IMG/VR virus record: IMGVR_UViG_3300044635_000318
Location: 7,901-71,900 of that record
Strand: one strand, 5' to 3'
DNA length: 64,000 bases
Origin: a virus
In this document: positions 8,275 through 18,785 of the stretch, piece by piece
Numbering within the stretch: position 1 is the stretch's first letter
Layout of the letters: every line of letters starts with the position of its first letter
Translations under genes and position numbers: made by a program
Notes under the pieces: generated by a model
Databases searched by the model: none
The model's input: only the letters and a program-made list of their open reading frames with translations
Told to the model about the DNA's origin: nothing

Positions 8275-11200
8275 TGTACACGTATAGAATATACTTAGAT
8301 GGGGGAAACCTAGTCATTGGAACATATGAAAGTAATGTTCTTAAAGGAGAAGCTAAACATCTCCCAAGAGGATTAGTGGCTATTGCTGGGAGTACAAATA
8401 CGAATATTACTCTTAATAGAGTAGTAAACAATCTCCCAACACTAGCTAATATTGAACACCCTAATCTAAGAGACAGCAATGGGAATGTATGGGGAGCAAA
8501 TAGAACAGCTGTAATAGCTGCTATTAATAGCTTTATTCAATCCACAGGAGGAGGTAATGTTATCAGTGTAAATGGACAGACTGGAACAGTATCGTTAGGA
8601 TTACAGAATCTAGTTAATGTAACAACTATTACCCCTACTCAAGGAGATGTATTAAGCTATAATACTTCAGGTAACTGGGTATTAAATGGAGGGCTGCAAA
8701 CATTACTATCTAAAGTTAAAACTCCAGCTAATCAAACAATTGTTGAAGCTGACACGAGTAATAAAATAACTATTGATACTACAGCTCAAAAAGTTATAGT
8801 TACTACTAACGGAACTACAGCAGCTACATTTGGGAGTACAAACTTATTACCTAATCTAAGAGTAGGACCTTCAGGAAATACATATGATCTCCCAGCAACT
8901 AGGGGTAATGCTACAGGTCAAGTTCCCATATTTGATGCAATTAGTAATACCACTACGTTTAAAGAGTTAGACTTAACTCAAGTAACTGGGAATACAGATG
9001 ATATTACTGAAGGGACTAATAACCTCTTTAACGTTAATGCTGACTGGAATGTAAATGACCCTACCTCTGGGGCATACATAGCTAACCGTCCGAATATCCC
9101 TGCTGAATATGATGATGCAGATGTAGACACACATCTTAATACTGCTACTGCTACTACAGGTCAAGTATTATCTTGGAATGGGACAGACTATGATTGGGTA
9201 GATGATCAAGGAGGATTACCTGCAGGGAATAGTGGGGAGATACAATTCAACAATGCTGGGAGTTTTGGGGCATCGTCTAATTTGTTCTATGATGCAGTTA
9301 ATAATAGGTTAGGGGTTGGGACTAATACCCCGACAGAATCTATATCTGTGCATGGAAATATTTTATTAGGTCCAATACAAAGTAACGCAACAGATAGAAA
9401 ATTAACTATAGCTGGGTATAACAATGCGCAGATAGAGTTTAATTTACATGATGGTTGGGGGAAACCTACAATAGCAGCAGGATTTGGGGGAAGCGTAAAA
9501 TTTGTAAATTACGGAGTTCAGTCTACTAATTTAGATTTTGTTTTTGGGGAAAGTTCTAGTAGACAAGGTTCCATGAGGTTTTACTCAAATTCAAATGAAG
9601 CCATAAAATTTGGAACAAACGCTGGATATCCAATAAGTTATTTAGGAGTATTTGAACAAGGTTCAAACTATCAAGGAGGACTTATTATAAAAACTAGATC
9701 TTCTCCAACAGTTACTAATGATTTCGTATTTGATAGGTATGGATATTTAGGAATCGGTACAACAACTCCAGCATATAAACTAGATGTTAATGGTACTACT
9801 CGTATTCAATCTGATCTAACAGTAACTACTACTAATGCTACAGGTGATTTTGCTACAATAGATGCTAGTAATATTCTTAGGAAAAGAACAGCCGCTCAAG
9901 TATTAACTGATATTGGGGCTCAAGCTGCATTAACTAATCCTATTACTGGAACAGGAGCTAGTGGACAAGTAGCTTTTTGGAATGCTAGTAATACACAGAC
10001 TGGAGATAATGGTCTGTTTTGGGATAATACGAATAAGAGATTGGGGATAGGAACTATTACTCCCTTAAGTAGTTTAGGAGTTATAGGAAAAATAGCATTA
10101 AATGATGGTAATAGTAATTTAGCTATCGGGGATAGCGCTTTAGGTAGTTTATCTACTGCCACAAACGTAATAGGTATTGGAGTAAACGCTGGCACAAACC
10201 TTAGTACCAGCAGCACAAACGTGTTTATTGGTAACAATTCGGGCTCAAATAGAAACTCGGCTATTATTATTGGTCATGGGAGTGGAGCGCAATCAAGTGG
10301 TTCGGGACTGATTTGTATTGGACATAATAGTTTTACTGGAGCTAATAGTCAACCCACAAACATTGTAATTGGTAATAACCTTTTACAAAACGCAAGTCAT
10401 TCGTTATATAATAATATTTTTATTGGGGGTGGCGGTTCAAGCTGGAACAGCGTAGCAAACAGCAATACGATTATAGGTATTGGTTCTGCCACTCATGCCC
10501 TTGCCCAAGTTGAAAGCATAACTATTGTTGGGGCAAGTATTAGTTTTCCAACAGTTTATGGAGAGTCAGTTTCTGTTGGAGCGTATGCGAAAAGTGGTCG
10601 GTACAGTGTTATGGTTGGAAAAAGCGCAGGAATAACGAATAGTTCAAGCAGTGTTGCAATAGGATTTGAGGCGGCTGGAACAAGTAATTCTGTCTTTGTT
10701 GGCTATCAAGCGGGAAAAGGTGCATCTTCTACAGGTACAGGAAATCATGGAGTAGGTTATCAAGCATTATTAAGCTATACTACAGGCGCAAACAACACAG
10801 CTATTGGTTATCGAAACCTTGTAGCTTTAACTACGCAAAACAATAATACTACTTTAGGTCACGGCGCGGGAGAAAGTTGTTTGAATGACGGTAATGTATT
10901 TATTGGACAAGGTGCAGCGCAAACTTACAATCGTAGTGGGGGTGGGTATAATGTAGTTATTGGGCAAAATGCAAGCATAGATAGCGGAAGCCAACAGAAT
11001 ACAACGGTTGGACACGGAACTAGTGCCTTTGGAAATGCTGTTGCAATTGGATTAAGAGCTTCGGCACAAACAAGCTCGGTCGCAATTGGAATGGACGCAA
11101 AAGCATCGGGAATACAAAGTGTTTCTATCGGGCTTGAGGCAAATCGTTACACCACGGGCACGAATAATGTGTCAATAGGTAACACAGCCGGGCGTGGCGC

Positions 11201-12641
11201 TTCAGGCGTTTCAACCTTTGATAGTAGTATTGCTATTGGAGCAGAAGCTTTACGGGATAATACGACTGGCAATAATGTGGCAGTAGGGGCGCAAGCCATG
11301 ACTGTCAAAACAAGTGGAACTGCAAACACCGCAATTGGAACACGGGCGCTGGGATTGTTGGCAAGCACTAATTACAACACTGCTGTTGGGCATGAAAGTT
11401 CCTATAGAACAACTGGGTCAGACAACACTTCTTTGGGCTATTATGCAAATCGAAATAGCACTGGCAGTTTCAACGTAGCAATTGGGTCTGAGGCGTTAGA
11501 AGGAGTAAGCGGAACTTCAACTTTTAGCAACACAACAGCAATTGGTTACCAAGCTCTTACAGCTCTTACAACAGGAACAGATAATACGGCTGTTGGTTAT
11601 CAATCGGGAGCATCGCTAACAACGGGAAGTAGTAATACCTTTATAGGTCGTAACGCTGGCGGCAACTTAACAACTCAGGGACAAAATGTTGCTGTTGGAG
11701 CTTATGCGCTGCAAAACAACATAAACTCATTTAATAAAACTGCGGTTGGATATAACGCTGGTCAAAGCGGCATGGGGTCGTATGACATTGCAATTGGTTG
11801 GTATGCTGGGGCGGGAGCAGCAAATACTGGCGGGTTCAACATTAAAATTGGAGAAACCGCTGGCAGATTTCACACAGGCGGAAGTAGTATCATTATCGGC
11901 AACGCAACTGTACTGAATAGTACAAAAAGTCAAATAATTGCAATTGGCGGTACAACTGAATCAGGGGCAAATTCAGTTGTGATAGGGGTAGCAGCGGGTA
12001 ATGCAGCTGCCGATAATAGTGTTATTATAGGTCATAATGCAGGTAGAAACAACACAAGGCCAAATACACTTTTTATAGAAAACAGTAATTCAGCAACCCC
12101 ACTTATCTACGGAGAGTTTGATAATGACTTAGTTACAATCAATGGAAGATTAGAAGTAGCTAATGAAAATACTCTTAGGTTATATGAATTAGCTACTAAT
12201 GGAACTAACTACATAGCACTTAAATCTCCTACAGCATTATCTGCAGATGTAACTTATACATTACCTGTAGAAGGAGTTAGTGGACAAGCATTAGTAACTA
12301 ATGGTTCGGGAACATTATCTTGGGAATATCCTAAAGCCCCAGTAAAGAGTGAAGCAGGAACTGCATATACATTAGTAGTTGGGGATGCAGGAAAGTATAT
12401 TAGAATGACAGCTACTACAGCTATTACAGTTACTATCCCAGAGAATACATTTGCAGTTGGAGATGAGATTATGTTAGAACAAAATAATACTGGGCAAGTA
12501 ACTATCGCAGCAGGAACAGGAGTAACACTTAGAAATACAACAGCATTCTTAAGTAAGACAGCAGAACGATATGCTATTGTAGGATTGAAATGTGTAGCTT
12601 CTAATGAGTTTGTATTAACCGGAGAAAGAGAGTTAGTATAA
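8274..12641 (+). CDS. tail fibre / receptor-binding protein with long beta-roll repeat region
   Basis: RLGIGTTTP modules, dozens of ~14 aa NxAIGxxA repeats, C-terminal YTLVVGDAGK...VTIAAGTGVTL module. Confidence 0.85.
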   Translation: MYTYRIYLDGGNLVIGTYESNVLKGEAKHLPRGLVAIAGSTNTNITLNRVVNNLPTLANIEHPNLRDSNGNVWGANRTAVIAAINSFIQSTGGGNVISVNGQTGTVSLGLQNLVNVTTITPTQGDVLSYNTSGNWVLNGGLQTLLSKVKTPANQTIVEADTSNKITIDTTAQKVIVTTNGTTAATFGSTNLLPNLRVGPSGNTYDLPATRGNATGQVPIFDAISNTTTFKELDLTQVTGNTDDITEGTNNLFNVNADWNVNDPTSGAYIANRPNIPAEYDDADVDTHLNTATATTGQVLSWNGTDYDWVDDQGGLPAGNSGEIQFNNAGSFGASSNLFYDAVNNRLGVGTNTPTESISVHGNILLGPIQSNATDRKLTIAGYNNAQIEFNLHDGWGKPTIAAGFGGSVKFVNYGVQSTNLDFVFGESSSRQGSMRFYSNSNEAIKFGTNAGYPISYLGVFEQGSNYQGGLIIKTRSSPTVTNDFVFDRYGYLGIGTTTPAYKLDVNGTTRIQSDLTVTTTNATGDFATIDASNILRKRTAAQVLTDIGAQAALTNPITGTGASGQVAFWNASNTQTGDNGLFWDNTNKRLGIGTITPLSSLGVIGKIALNDGNSNLAIGDSALGSLSTATNVIGIGVNAGTNLSTSSTNVFIGNNSGSNRNSAIIIGHGSGAQSSGSGLICIGHNSFTGANSQPTNIVIGNNLLQNASHSLYNNIFIGGGGSSWNSVANSNTIIGIGSATHALAQVESITIVGASISFPTVYGESVSVGAYAKSGRYSVMVGKSAGITNSSSSVAIGFEAAGTSNSVFVGYQAGKGASSTGTGNHGVGYQALLSYTTGANNTAIGYRNLVALTTQNNNTTLGHGAGESCLNDGNVFIGQGAAQTYNRSGGGYNVVIGQNASIDSGSQQNTTVGHGTSAFGNAVAIGLRASAQTSSVAIGMDAKASGIQSVSIGLEANRYTTGTNNVSIGNTAGRGASGVSTFDSSIAIGAEALRDNTTGNNVAVGAQAMTVKTSGTANTAIGTRALGLLASTNYNTAVGHESSYRTTGSDNTSLGYYANRNSTGSFNVAIGSEALEGVSGTSTFSNTTAIGYQALTALTTGTDNTAVGYQSGASLTTGSSNTFIGRNAGGNLTTQGQNVAVGAYALQNNINSFNKTAVGYNAGQSGMGSYDIAIGWYAGAGAANTGGFNIKIGETAGRFHTGGSSIIIGNATVLNSTKSQIIAIGGTTESGANSVVIGVAAGNAAADNSVIIGHNAGRNNTRPNTLFIENSNSATPLIYGEFDNDLVTINGRLEVANENTLRLYELATNGTNYIALKSPTALSADVTYTLPVEGVSGQALVTNGSGTLSWEYPKAPVKSEAGTAYTLVVGDAGKYIRMTATTAITVTIPENTFAVGDEIMLEQNNTGQVTIAAGTGVTLRNTTAFLSKTAERYAIVGLKCVASNEFVLTGERELV

Positions 12642-13366
12642 TGTTTTTTCAAGCAGTAAGCGCAACAGTTAAAAGATCAAATGGTGGACCACCCCCATCT
12701 AGTCCAATCGCATTTAGAGGATTTACAGCTACTTGTCTTCCTAATATAGCATTCGCACAAGGATTTCCAGCTACAGTTAATTTGCCCTCAACAGCAGTAT
12801 CTGGAGATTTTGTAGTTTTAGTATTAGCATATGACTCAACTATTACAGCTGATTCAGTATCTTCTACAGGATGGACAAAATTAATACACGTTGGGGATGC
12901 AGATCCAGATGCTCAATTTGATGTATTCTACAGAATATTTAATGGAACTGAAGGAGCTACAGTAACGTTTGAAACTAACTTAACCTTAGGAACTAGAGAC
13001 GTACATTCTTACGCGTTTATTGTAGATAACATCGATACCTCAAATCCATTCTCAATAATCGGAACTCCAGCAAAATGTATTTCTTGTACTACATTAAGTA
13101 CAACAGGGATTACAGCTACATCTGATGGAAGAGTAATCGGATTAATGGCTTATGATGGAGGAGATGGGGAACCATTTACAATCAGTTCAGGATGGACATT
13201 ACTTGTAGAAGCAGAATGTGATTCTACAGGTAGTGGATTAGGAGTAAACTATTCTTATAAAGATCTGATTAATGGGCAAGCTAGTGGACAATTAGATTTT
13301 ACTGTTAGCCCAACATCATTTGCAGATGGAATGGCTGCAATTCAATTGTTTATGAAACAAGCTTAA
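12641..13366 (+). CDS. tail-fibre-associated beta-sandwich protein
   Basis: Translationally coupled to the fibre gene; SGDFVVLV...GWT repeats. Confidence 0.6.
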   Translation: MFFQAVSATVKRSNGGPPPSSPIAFRGFTATCLPNIAFAQGFPATVNLPSTAVSGDFVVLVLAYDSTITADSVSSTGWTKLIHVGDADPDAQFDVFYRIFNGTEGATVTFETNLTLGTRDVHSYAFIVDNIDTSNPFSIIGTPAKCISCTTLSTTGITATSDGRVIGLMAYDGGDGEPFTISSGWTLLVEAECDSTGSGLGVNYSYKDLINGQASGQLDFTVSPTSFADGMAAIQLFMKQA

Positions 13367-13373
13367 ATTAAAT

Positions 13374-13383
13374 TATCTTTGCA
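13374..13383 (+). promoter_or_regulatory. Bacteroidota-type -7 promoter element (TAnnTTTG)
   Basis: tatctttgca in the intergenic gap upstream of 13419. Confidence 0.55.
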
Positions 13384-13418
13384 CACAATAATCTTAAATC
13401 TTAAATATTAACTAAAAA

Positions 13419-13694
13419 ATGGAGTACTTAACTAAAAAATGGACAATTGCAGGTGAGTTCACTTTCCCTGACAATTACTTGAAGTTGTTGAATCCGTCAA
13501 TGACAGTATCTAATGTGACTATTACTCAAACGAGCATGTTGTCTTTGAACTTGATGATCAAAGAAAACAACGGAGTATACAATCACATGACTAATGTCAA
13601 TTGGACAATCCCAGCTGAATTGACTGATGTCAATGATATTGTAAATGCAGCTATGCTTGCTACATTCCCCACTGCCACTGTGTCTAACATCTAA
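13419..13694 (+). CDS. hypothetical protein (possible tail assembly chaperone)
   Basis: 91 aa ORF with AT-rich leader. Confidence 0.6.
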   Translation: MEYLTKKWTIAGEFTFPDNYLKLLNPSMTVSNVTITQTSMLSLNLMIKENNGVYNHMTNVNWTIPAELTDVNDIVNAAMLATFPTATVSNI

Positions 13695-13706
13695 TAAATC
13701 AAACCA

Positions 13707-13826
13707 ATGTACAAAATCGATGAAAAAACCGTTGAAGCTCTTCTGAACTATCTCGTACAGCGTCCTTACTATGAAGTTAGTGAGGGAATCAAAGCTTTAC
13801 AGAGTTTAGAAAAGATTGCTGAGTAA
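13707..13826 (+). CDS. small protein (absent from the ORF track)
   Basis: 39 aa MYKIDEKTVEALLNYLVQRPYYEVSEGIKALQSLEKIAE; leader aatcaaaccaATG nearly identical to that of gene 1648 (aatcaaaccaaATG). Confidence 0.65.
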   Translation: MYKIDEKTVEALLNYLVQRPYYEVSEGIKALQSLEKIAE

Positions 13827-13840
13827 TCAATTTTAAACTT

Positions 13841-13885
13841 TTACGCAAGTGGTTAGCTAGTTAATTCTAGTTACTACTTGCGTAA
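13841..13885. promoter_or_regulatory. intergenic stem-loop (terminator or processing site)
   Basis: ttacgcaagt...acttgcgtaa outer arms with inner ctag/ctag. Confidence 0.6.
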
Positions 13886-13900
13886 TAATTATTACCCCAA

Positions 13901-16900
13901 ATGAAAAAGTTCTTAAAAGGAATGTTCAAGGACTCTGAAAGAGTTGACCAATTAGATGGGACTTACAGAGATGCTTTGAACGCAAATATCAATTATCTTA
14001 AAGGAGCAATAGTTAACGAACAAGGGAATGCTATTGTATCTGTTGATGCTAATAAGATTGATAATATCATTGGGGAATGTACTGATGAAGCTGGGAGATT
14101 ATATGTCTTTGGGTTAAGTAAGTACAACAATGAAACATACAGTATCATAGCTGTAATGTTCCCTAAAGAGAAGATCTACACTGTATTATTTGCTAGTAAA
14201 GAACTTAACTTTCAACCTAACTACACCATTGAAGCAACTGTAAAAGTTAATTCAAAAGGAGATACTATTCTATACTTTACTGATAACTATATAGTTAAAA
14301 GTATAGATGTTACAGGGATTGAATATGTTGCAGCTTATAATCCCCCTAGAACATTTAATGTAACTAGACAGCTAACTAGTGCTTACATCCCAGAAGATAT
14401 CTTTAAACTTTATGGGAGTGATGAATATACTGTTCAAAAGTTAGATTTGTTTATGAACACTGGGGATATTCCTCAGTTTAAAGAAGTATTAATCAAAGAA
14501 GGGGGAGGGGTAGTATCAGGAACATATCACTTAGCATTAGCATATAGTGATGAAGACGGGAATGCTACAAACTATATGGTTACATCTAATGCTGTACATA
14601 TTGTAACAGCTAGAGAAGACTCAATCCCAACTGAAACAATTACAGGGGATCCTCAAGGCTCTCAGTCAAATAAATCAATCTATTGGGAGGTAACTATCCC
14701 TGCAAAGTGTAACTACTCTAGTATTAGACCTGTAGTTATTCAAAGGTTTGGGGGACAGAATCAAGAATCTAGTGAGTTTGCATATCAACTCCCTGATATT
14801 GAACTTCCTAAGTATAATGGATTAGAGAGACAACTTTTAATTAGTTACTCAGGATTAGAGACTGTATCTCAGTCGTCTATATCTGAAGTAGTAATTGACA
14901 ATGTAGTTTATCAAACATGTAAGACATTACATCAATTAGATAATGTGATGTATGCTGCAAACTTACAATCTAGAGGAGACTTAGGGTTTCAGAGATTTGC
15001 TAATAACATCAAAGTAGACGCTGTAACTAAGTCTATCAGTAAGTTTGACCCTAGGATATTTACTTGGAGTAGTTTAAACTTTGGGTATAGTTTTTTTGAT
15101 AAAGACGATTCATTCGACGAATTACTTTTTACCACATCTCTGTACCCAAATCAACTCAATGAAGGAAATAACACTGATGACTTTTCTGGGAGAGTAAGAA
15201 AAGGGTATAAAGACCCTAAGTTATTTTATAAGAACAAATCATTTAGAAGATCTGAAGTATATGCATTCTACATCTCATTCGTATTAAAAGATGGGACAGA
15301 ATCTTATGCATATCATATTCCAGGAAGAGCAGCTAAAGAACTTAGTAGGTTAAAAGATGGAGTATATGAAAATAGTAACTTAAGTGCACTTGAAGGTAAT
15401 CACTACTACGAAGAAGTCAAGGATAATTACTCTGCTAAGCTGTATCAGTTATATGATACTGACTTATACGCAGAGAACACTACAATGGGGTTTTGGGAGA
15501 ATCAAAATGAGACCTACCCATTCACTGAAGACTTTAATGTGCATGGAGTAGAAGTTGACGGGTCTTCAAGTGTAGTCCCGATAACATCTATTAGAGGGCA
15601 AAAAGTTAGACATCATAAGATGCCTAGCAATAAGAATAAAGCTTTTAGCTATATCTATAAGAATCCTAATGATACTTGGAATGGGGCTGAGGATAAATTT
15701 TATCCTCAAATATCTGAAGCTATTGGGGATGATAGCTCTTTTCAAATGAATGAGAGGATTAATCTTTTAGGGATTAAACTCAGTAATCTTAAGATCCCCA
15801 AGTTTATTCTAAATCAAGTTCAAGGATATAAGATTTATTATGCTAAAAGAACTCAAGAGAATAAAACCATAATTGGGCAAAGCATCCCAGTCCCAGCTTG
15901 GTTATTAAATAACACTGTCCCTACAATGGATAGTGAAAAAGCAAAGACTGGCCCATTCTACAAAGCATGGATGATGTATGGGGGTATCCCAGAATCTACT
16001 TTAGCTTATCCTGTAAAAAGAACTGTATCAAATAAATTAGAGTGGAATGTATCCCCAGTATTTGGGTTTCATGACTTTAATCTTTTAAAGAATAAACATA
16101 CTCTTACTGGGGTAACCCACATCAACATTCAGAATGTAATGGTGATGAGGCATTACAAAGGAGGCCCTAGAGCTAAAGCTCCATTAGCTGCAGGTTTAGA
16201 TGCATTCTATAATGTTGATTGGGTAAACACAGATATTGGGAATACGTTTGATCCTGAATATGAAGGAACAGACCCTATCCCAGAAAACCTTAGAATTAGA
16301 GCGTTTAGGACTTCTGCAATGCTTGCAGCAGCTTATTACTCTCCAGATGATGTCCCACTTAATATTTACTCTAAAGCTAATCTTCTTACAAGTGGAACTA
16401 CAGTAAATTCTTTCCCCACATTCTTTGATAACTTCAAATCTGTGCTCTCAGTTAAACCGAATAGCACAACTTACATTGGGAATAACATTAATGTTAAAAC
16501 AACTGATGGGGGAGAATTTCATGGAGTAGATTACATCTACAATGCTGCAGGAGAATCTAAAGCTGTCATTGGATTAAGCACTGGTCTCCCAATGCTTGTA
16601 GGGTATACATCAAATTCTTCAGGATGGTTACAAGATGCAAATAACTATGGAGATGCAAGATTTAGCTGGTATCACCCCGATGGGTATTTGAGTTTACAAG
16701 AAGATGCGCAAACTCAACCTCCGATATATAATGATTACGAATCATTACGTCCAGGACAACCGGCTGTAGAAGAACTTGGGGATAAAAAGATAGGGGGTCT
16801 CCCAGCTACTTATTTAGTTAATCTATGTTCACTGAAATCAGATGTGTTTAACTCATTTGATGAGCAATTACTTGTATGGACAGGGTATTATAAACCATTG

Positions 16901-18757
16901 AATAATGTCAATATAGCAACAGGAACAGATGGGGATGGGGTAAATTACTACACTGGAGCTCAATCAGATGACATCTTTGGGGGAGATACATACATTAGCA
17001 GGTATGGGTTTAGATCAACTAATCATACTTATGGGAATGTATTTAGAGGAGATCAGAATAGTTCAGATTTGATTAATGCAAATGGGGCATTAAATATCCC
17101 AAATACAAAAGGGAATAACACCCCAACATCTACTCTATTCTACTTTATGTGTGAGTCTGATGACTTACTAGGATACAGACATATAGCTGATAGTTTAGTA
17201 GGGGTTAATGCATCTAAGAGTATATTCTTTGATGCCGCTACTGCACATGCTGTAATCTTTAATTCCCCAATCAATGATAATACTCATATGGATAACTTAC
17301 TCTATATGAATAACTACTCATTGAATCAAGATATTAGAGTTGCAGTCCCATATCCTAAGTATCTTAACAATGTTACAAGGTTCCCTAATAGAGTTATTAG
17401 ATCAGCTAATGATGAGGGATCTGTAAGTGATAAGTACAGAATTTATCAAGCATTAGATTATAAAGATATCCCTAAACATAGAGGAGATATTTGGAAACTA
17501 TTCTCTATTGGATCAGTGCTTTACATTCACGCTGAAAGAACAGTTTATGTAACCAAAGGAGATCAAGAGATTCAATTATCAGACAACAGTCAAGCTTATG
17601 TAGGGAGTGGGAATATATTCGCTATCGACCCTGATGAGATGATTACTACAAAAGAAGGGTATGGAGGAACAGATAGTCAATTCTCATCTATTACAACTAG
17701 GTATGGGCATTTTTATCTTAATCGTAAGGATAAGAAAGCTTATATGATTTCTGAATCCATTGAAGAAGTAAGCTCACTGGGAATGGAGAAATGGTTCATA
17801 GATAATGTCCCATATCAGTTAGAAGAACAGTTCAATATTGACTTAGATGCATACCCTAAGTATTATGTAAACTCTGATTCCCCAACATCGGATTTTGGGT
17901 TTACTACAGGTTATGACCCAGTATACAAAAGGTTACTGATTACAAAACGTGAACGTATCCCAAAACCTATATTCACAAATGGATGGAATAACGGAAATAT
18001 TAAACGTGGGAAGAATAGATACGCTCATGTATTCTATGATGGAAATACCGCAATCTTATTAAGTGATGATAAGTATTTCCAAACTAAAACTTGGACAATA
18101 TCTTATTATCCTGAGATAAAAGTATGGGGTAGTAGACATTCTTATGCCCCAGTACTGTTCTCAAATACAGCTGAAAACTTATACAGTTTAGTAAACAATA
18201 ATCAGACTACTAATATCTGGGAACACTCAGCATTTAATGCCCCAGGTAGATTCTTCAATCAGACTTATAACTTTGAGTTTGAGTACATTGATAATACAGC
18301 TCCTGGTTCCCCAAAAGTGTTTTCATCTATTTACTACTGGGGAGATGTAACAAAAGTTCAAGCATTAACTTCTGAGGTAACTAAGTACATTTCCCCAGGA
18401 TTTGATGAGTTCTATGTATACAATACAACTCAAATCTCTGGATTAAAGAGTATTAACTATCTGTCTAACTCTAGATTGGTTGATAGAGTATGGTATATCA
18501 ACGATTTTAGAGATATGAGTAGAACTACTGAGTTAACTTACTTAGATACTAATACTGTTGGACCTCAATTTCAACAATTAATGTTTACTTCAGAAGGTAA
18601 CATTAACTCTAACTATATCAATATCAATAAATCTTGGTTTGAACAGAAAAGATTTGTCGATCATTACTTAGGAGTTAGACTTATTAGTAACAATAATGAC
18701 CAAAATTTAATATCTTTGTATGCTGCTGGAACTAAGCACAGACAAGCGTTTAGATAA
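13901..18757 (+). CDS. crAss-like muzzle / tail stabilisation protein
   Basis: 1618 aa; N-terminal KGMFKD...YRDALN, FRRSEVYAFYI, VRHHKMP, FGGDTYI, WTISY...WGSRHSY motifs; lies just before the cargo genes. Confidence 0.75.
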   Translation: MKKFLKGMFKDSERVDQLDGTYRDALNANINYLKGAIVNEQGNAIVSVDANKIDNIIGECTDEAGRLYVFGLSKYNNETYSIIAVMFPKEKIYTVLFASKELNFQPNYTIEATVKVNSKGDTILYFTDNYIVKSIDVTGIEYVAAYNPPRTFNVTRQLTSAYIPEDIFKLYGSDEYTVQKLDLFMNTGDIPQFKEVLIKEGGGVVSGTYHLALAYSDEDGNATNYMVTSNAVHIVTAREDSIPTETITGDPQGSQSNKSIYWEVTIPAKCNYSSIRPVVIQRFGGQNQESSEFAYQLPDIELPKYNGLERQLLISYSGLETVSQSSISEVVIDNVVYQTCKTLHQLDNVMYAANLQSRGDLGFQRFANNIKVDAVTKSISKFDPRIFTWSSLNFGYSFFDKDDSFDELLFTTSLYPNQLNEGNNTDDFSGRVRKGYKDPKLFYKNKSFRRSEVYAFYISFVLKDGTESYAYHIPGRAAKELSRLKDGVYENSNLSALEGNHYYEEVKDNYSAKLYQLYDTDLYAENTTMGFWENQNETYPFTEDFNVHGVEVDGSSSVVPITSIRGQKVRHHKMPSNKNKAFSYIYKNPNDTWNGAEDKFYPQISEAIGDDSSFQMNERINLLGIKLSNLKIPKFILNQVQGYKIYYAKRTQENKTIIGQSIPVPAWLLNNTVPTMDSEKAKTGPFYKAWMMYGGIPESTLAYPVKRTVSNKLEWNVSPVFGFHDFNLLKNKHTLTGVTHINIQNVMVMRHYKGGPRAKAPLAAGLDAFYNVDWVNTDIGNTFDPEYEGTDPIPENLRIRAFRTSAMLAAAYYSPDDVPLNIYSKANLLTSGTTVNSFPTFFDNFKSVLSVKPNSTTYIGNNINVKTTDGGEFHGVDYIYNAAGESKAVIGLSTGLPMLVGYTSNSSGWLQDANNYGDARFSWYHPDGYLSLQEDAQTQPPIYNDYESLRPGQPAVEELGDKKIGGLPATYLVNLCSLKSDVFNSFDEQLLVWTGYYKPLNNVNIATGTDGDGVNYYTGAQSDDIFGGDTYISRYGFRSTNHTYGNVFRGDQNSSDLINANGALNIPNTKGNNTPTSTLFYFMCESDDLLGYRHIADSLVGVNASKSIFFDAATAHAVIFNSPINDNTHMDNLLYMNNYSLNQDIRVAVPYPKYLNNVTRFPNRVIRSANDEGSVSDKYRIYQALDYKDIPKHRGDIWKLFSIGSVLYIHAERTVYVTKGDQEIQLSDNSQAYVGSGNIFAIDPDEMITTKEGYGGTDSQFSSITTRYGHFYLNRKDKKAYMISESIEEVSSLGMEKWFIDNVPYQLEEQFNIDLDAYPKYYVNSDSPTSDFGFTTGYDPVYKRLLITKRERIPKPIFTNGWNNGNIKRGKNRYAHVFYDGNTAILLSDDKYFQTKTWTISYYPEIKVWGSRHSYAPVLFSNTAENLYSLVNNNQTTNIWEHSAFNAPGRFFNQTYNFEFEYIDNTAPGSPKVFSSIYYWGDVTKVQALTSEVTKYISPGFDEFYVYNTTQISGLKSINYLSNSRLVDRVWYINDFRDMSRTTELTYLDTNTVGPQFQQLMFTSEGNINSNYININKSWFEQKRFVDHYLGVRLISNNNDQNLISLYAAGTKHRQAFR
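18711..18720 (+). promoter_or_regulatory. Bacteroidota-type -7 promoter element
   Basis: tatctttgta about 65 nt upstream of ATG 18786. Confidence 0.4.
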
Positions 18758-18785
18758 CAAACGTGCTATTTAAAAATTTAATATA

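Noticed and set aside
10100-12100. Tail-fibre repeats as a DGR target or DNA tandem array
   Set aside because: The repeats exist only at the protein level, with diverged DNA and no adenine-specific pair.
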